In this document: piece by piece, positions 60,295 to 64,000 of the stretch
Layout: the number at the start of each line of letters is the position of its first letter
Numbering within the stretch: position 1 is the stretch's first letter
Assembly (NCBI GenBank): GCA_026996895.1
Contig: JALWJX010000028.1
Coordinates: 678-64,677, forward strand
DNA length: 64,000 bases
From: Candidatus Kapaibacterium sp.
GTDB taxonomy: Bacteria; Bacteroidota; Ignavibacteria; Kapaibacteriales; WFXC01
Direction: 5' to 3'
Notes under the pieces: model-generated
Databases searched by the model: none
What the model was told of the DNA's origin: nothing
Seen by the model: the letters and a program-made list of their open reading frames with translations, nothing else
Program-made: the position numbers and the translations under genes

Positions 60295-61257
60295 TCACAT
60301 TTTCAGTATGCTAAACAACTGCTCTCTTACTTTCTCATTGCTCATCACATCTTCAACTGTGAAGAAACGTTCTATGATTGCTTTACTTTTTCCAATTTCC
60401 CTTTCAGCCCTAGGCGTCAGCGCGACAGCTCGCATAATCAGCACGGTAATTGCGCTAGGATTTTCTCGCTTGGCCCTCCGCAAACTTTTGAGTGCTGCTC
60501 CAAACCGCTCGAGAATCCCTGCTGGATCAATACCTCCCTTAATCTCCACAGCCACTTGGATAACTTCGTTTTTGTATACACCAATATCTGGCTCACTCCC
60601 CATTACCACTACTCGCCCATCCTTCAACCTCAGTGTTCCGCTATTTCTAAGGATCATCTTCTCAACAATCAATCCTTTTTCGCTCGCTCTTCTCCCAATT
60701 AACTCCTTGATGACCATCTCAGTCCGATCACCTTTAATATTTTGCCATGATCCTTGCGCTTGGGCACCTGCGGCCATCCCCCGCCACAGATCGAACTCTT
60801 TTGGATCTACTGTCTCGTCCTGCTCTATAAGAATGCTTATCACTCTATTGAGGTGCCGTGATATTTCCAAAGCCACACGGTCACTCAGCTTTTTTCGCCC
60901 CTCCTCATATCCGCCAACCGTCAACCCGACCTTCGACATAGACTTCTGGGAAACCATAGCGAGCATTCTATAATAGCTCACCCTTGTGGGATTCTCCTTC
61001 AGAACATCCGGATGGCTAAATACTCTTACAGGCTTAATCCCCCTGTGGATTATCCTATTCCATGCTTTAGAACTGATATTCAGCCGCTCCAAATTCCACT
61101 CCAACCTTTCCCCCTCTATAGCCTCAAGATCATAAGCTGTTTCTAACAACCGCCATTCGTGGAGCTTCTGGTGAAAAAACTCACTTTTTGCAATCTGATC
61201 AACTGCCCAACTTTCCCTTTCTCTCTCTGACACCATTCTTACCCACTTCTTTCCCAC
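60295..61257 (-). CDS. Putative type II restriction endonuclease (PD-(D/E)xK)
   Basis: GSEPDIGVYKNEVIQVAVEIKGG contains a PD...(E)xK catalytic arrangement. It lies immediately downstream of the DNA methyltransferase, overlapping it by 19 nt, in a low-GC segment. Confidence 0.55.
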   Translation of the reverse strand: MGKKWVRMVSERERESWAVDQIAKSEFFHQKLHEWRLLETAYDLEAIEGERLEWNLERLNISSKAWNRIIHRGIKPVRVFSHPDVLKENPTRVSYYRMLAMVSQKSMSKVGLTVGGYEEGRKKLSDRVALEISRHLNRVISILIEQDETVDPKEFDLWRGMAAGAQAQGSWQNIKGDRTEMVIKELIGRRASEKGLIVEKMILRNSGTLRLKDGRVVVMGSEPDIGVYKNEVIQVAVEIKGGIDPAGILERFGAALKSLRRAKRENPSAITVLIMRAVALTPRAEREIGKSKAIIERFFTVEDVMSNEKVREQLFSILKM

Positions 61258-62579
61258 ACGACGATACTTTCCCTGACAGGAATCCTCCCATATTTCCTCA
61301 TCTGCTGAGAGCTATTGCCCTTGTACCGGGCTACGATAACCTCCTTAACCTCAAAGCCGCTCTTTTCAGCCATGTCCGAAAGTATTAAATCAACCGGTAT
61401 CATCTCGCCTTCAAATCGAACATTATCAACCACTACAGCTACCTTAGCCCCCGGAGCGCACACTTTATACCATTCTCTTATAACCTTCTGCATATCGACG
61501 AAATATGCAGTTATCATATCGGGAATTTTGGGATTATTGAGCTTTTTCCTCGAGAGAATTTCAACAACTTCTTCCACTGCCGGATGGGGAGGTTCCTCGT
61601 CCGCCTGCACCTTGGACTCTATATGAGATCTCAAAATCCCGAAACGAATGGCTCTGAGCTCCTCGAAGGTCCTGACGAAATGGAAGCATAGTTCTAAGGA
61701 GTAAGTCCTCGTGTAATCATACCTATTAGCATAAGGGGGCGAAGTAATTACAACAGTAGGTTTTCTTTTGAACTGTATGCCTGACAATCTTCTGGTATCT
61801 CCAAAATAGACATCTGGCATAATCCAATCACTCACATCCAGATCAGGGGCGAAATACCTCATACGCCGAACATCCTGTTCTACTTGTGCAACTTTCCTAT
61901 CCATTGCCTCGATGGGATTTGCAACGCGTTTATCTTTCTTGATCCTGAGAAACTGCCCATCCTTAGATGTAAAGCTACACTCCTCAAGAATAGAAAAGAA
62001 AAGAAGGAGAAAAATCTCGTTGTAGGGAGAAACAAGTTCATCTATAGCGGACTTCAACTTCCTTAGCAGCAGAAGATTTTCCTCACTAAACGCTGTCTGC
62101 ATAATAGGCACATCCATCGCTACCTCTGCTGGATCGTACTCCTCTACCTTTGGACTCAAAGAGGTCCAGACAGTGCGAACTTCCCCCTCGCGCAAAAACA
62201 AGAATAAAGGGAGCGTTTTGGATATGAAGTAAGCTATCGGTAGTCTGTCGATCCCCAGAGAAGGAATACCTGAAACCATAGCAGTAAAGAGAGTGGTACC
62301 CAAACCTGAAAATGGATCGAACACATAGTCACTGGAATCCACCTCAAACCTGCTAAAAAAATCCTTAACGAAACGGTAAGCAAACGCTTCCTTGTACCTA
62401 TAGATTCTCAGAAAAGGAACATCTTTGTTGCCTACATAGGACACAGAGGATCGCAACCTTAACTCTTCCCGCATTCGGCTTCTGAACCTGGCTTCCAACT
62501 TCGCTCTTACCGTACCCGATGGATAGCTACCGGTAGCAGCGGTATACTCCTTAAACATAGCCTGCTGAAGATTGCTCAT
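61239..62579 (-). CDS. DNA methyltransferase (N4-cytosine or N6-adenine; alpha-type motif order)
   Basis: Motif I DPFSGLGTT near residue 90 and motif IV TSPPYANRYDY near residue 285, with a presumptive target-recognition domain between them. Confidence 0.8.
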   Translation of the reverse strand: MSNLQQAMFKEYTAATGSYPSGTVRAKLEARFRSRMREELRLRSSVSYVGNKDVPFLRIYRYKEAFAYRFVKDFFSRFEVDSSDYVFDPFSGLGTTLFTAMVSGIPSLGIDRLPIAYFISKTLPLFLFLREGEVRTVWTSLSPKVEEYDPAEVAMDVPIMQTAFSEENLLLLRKLKSAIDELVSPYNEIFLLLFFSILEECSFTSKDGQFLRIKKDKRVANPIEAMDRKVAQVEQDVRRMRYFAPDLDVSDWIMPDVYFGDTRRLSGIQFKRKPTVVITSPPYANRYDYTRTYSLELCFHFVRTFEELRAIRFGILRSHIESKVQADEEPPHPAVEEVVEILSRKKLNNPKIPDMITAYFVDMQKVIREWYKVCAPGAKVAVVVDNVRFEGEMIPVDLILSDMAEKSGFEVKEVIVARYKGNSSQQMRKYGRIPVRESIVVWERSG

Positions 62580-62796
62580 TTGCGCGTTTGGCTACCCTTT
62601 TCGTTTCCCGGATTTCGACCAATGACTGAATCTCTAAACTTTCAAATATACGAATCCGGGATAGAACGGGAAGCAGCTCGTTTGTCGATAACGGTTCAGG
62701 ACAGTGCTAACCTTTTCCTCTCAAAGGCTCGAAGCCCTCAGCAAAGCTGCTTTCGGCAAACGCTGCGATCGGCTGACGCCTGCGTACCGGCGGCAA

Positions 62797-63819
62797 CTAC
62801 CGCAGCATTGGTATTTTGAGACCGAACTTTTTCGCATTGTCAATTGCTCGCTGGTAGCCAGCATCGGCGTGGCGAAAGATCCCCGTCATTGGGTCGTAGG
62901 TCAGCACCCGTTCCAGCCGCCGTTCTGCTTCGGGCGTTCCATCGGCAACGATCACCATCCCGGCGTGCAAAGCGTAGCCCATTCCAACGCCGCCGCCGTG
63001 GTGGAAGGAGACCCAGGTGGCACCGCCAATTGTATTCAACGCAAAGTTGAAATACACCCAATCAGCAATAGCATCGGAACCGTCCAGCATTGCTTCCGTT
63101 TCCCGATACGGCGAGGCAACAGAGCCGGAATCCAGATGATCTCGACCGATGACAATCGGCGCTTTGACCTTGCCATCGCGCACCAACTGATTGAACAGCT
63201 TCCCCGCTTTTGCTCGCTCTCCATAACCCAGCCAGCAAATCCGGGCGGGCAATCCCTGCCAGTGCACCTTCTCTTCCGCCTGCTTCAGCCAGCGATGGAG
63301 TGCGTGATCTTCTGGGAACAGTTCCATCAATGCCCGATCGGTAACGTAAATATCTTCAGGATCGCCGGATAAAGCCACCCACCGGAATGGTCCTTTGCCA
63401 TCACAGAACAGCGGGCGAATAAAGGCTGGCACAAACCCCGGAAAATCAAAGGCATTCTCCACGCCCCCGTGCTCCTTCGCTACTGCCCGGATATTGTTTC
63501 CATAATCGAACACCACGGTCCCTTTTTTCTGGAATTCGAGCATTGTGCGAACATGGATGGCGATGGAACGGTACGCTTCCTGTAAATACTTTTCAGGATC
63601 TTCTTCCCGCAACCGATCTGCTTCCTCTTTGGTATAACCAGCCGGGTAGTACCCATTCAGGGGATCGTGCGCTGCTGTCTGATCGGTCATCACATCCGGA
63701 ATAATGCCCCGACGCAGGATTTCAGGGTGTACTTCAGCCGCATTGCCAACCAGCCCCACCGGGACTCTCTGAACCAGTGGAACGGAGCAGGCAACAACCC
63801 ATGGCATGTTCCGGGACAC
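62797..63819 (-). pseudogene. hutU: Urocanate hydratase (hutU) fragment: C-terminal approx. 330 aa only, 5' region absent/disrupted
   Basis: Near full-length colinearity with the urocanase C-terminal two-thirds (..[51 protein letters not shown]..). The frame opens at a GTG (63817..63819) just after an in-frame stop (63841..63843). None of the three minus-strand frames of 63820..64000 encodes the conserved N-terminal GLGGMGGAQP region. Confidence 0.6.
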
Positions 63820-64000
63820 GACAAGGCGAACGATCCCGCCTCAACCCCGCTGGCGAACTCTTGCGAGAACTGCCACCGGCCGCACAGTGGTGGTAATGCG
63901 CATTTGGTAAAGGGGTTTGGCGAGGGGTACGGTGTTTCCGAGATTTGCCTGGCGTGCCACAATCTCAATGTGGCCAGCAAAAAAGATATTGCTGCTTCAC

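Noticed and set aside
62580-62819. 79-aa plus-strand ORF upstream of the methyltransferase as a possible C (controller) protein
   Set aside because: It has no helix-turn-helix-like sequence, sits on the opposite strand and overlaps the hutU 3' end. It is most likely spurious.
1-64000. CRISPR arrays, rRNA genes, transposases, integrases or prophage genes
   Set aside because: No direct-repeat arrays, rRNA-like sequence or recombinase/transposase-like ORFs were seen on either strand.

Overview
This is a GC-rich (roughly mid/upper-50s % by eye) chromosomal segment of a Bacteroidota-like bacterium. The lineage call rests on at least six proteins with type IX secretion (T9SS) C-terminal sorting domains, a UpxY/NusG-like antiterminator and a TamB homologue. 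The content is mostly housekeeping: the 3' two-thirds of smc, then nusB, leucine dehydrogenase, zupT, mazG, fur, recQ, rfbA, rny, zapA, tamB, xthA, pdxA, cysQ and several secreted peptidases (M1, M16 pair, M24B, M42). I call 48 protein-coding genes, a 5'-truncated hutU, one tRNA-Leu(UAA) and one strongly structured candidate ncRNA of about 283 nt between zapA and rny, which is positionally analogous to 6S/ssrS but of unassigned family. Two low-GC islands stand out. One (about 52.45-53.66 kb) carries a single unknown 33 kDa gene behind a 13-bp perfect inverted repeat. The other (about 60.25-62.8 kb) carries a type II restriction-modification pair, next to that truncated hutU. The other unusual item is a methyl-accepting chemoreceptor with a C-terminal cytoplasmic Cache-like domain, translationally coupled to a GT39 glycosyltransferase and a 2H phosphoesterase. 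I saw no CRISPR array, rRNA, transposase or integrase. Protein family calls come from motif recognition by eye, not from database searches.
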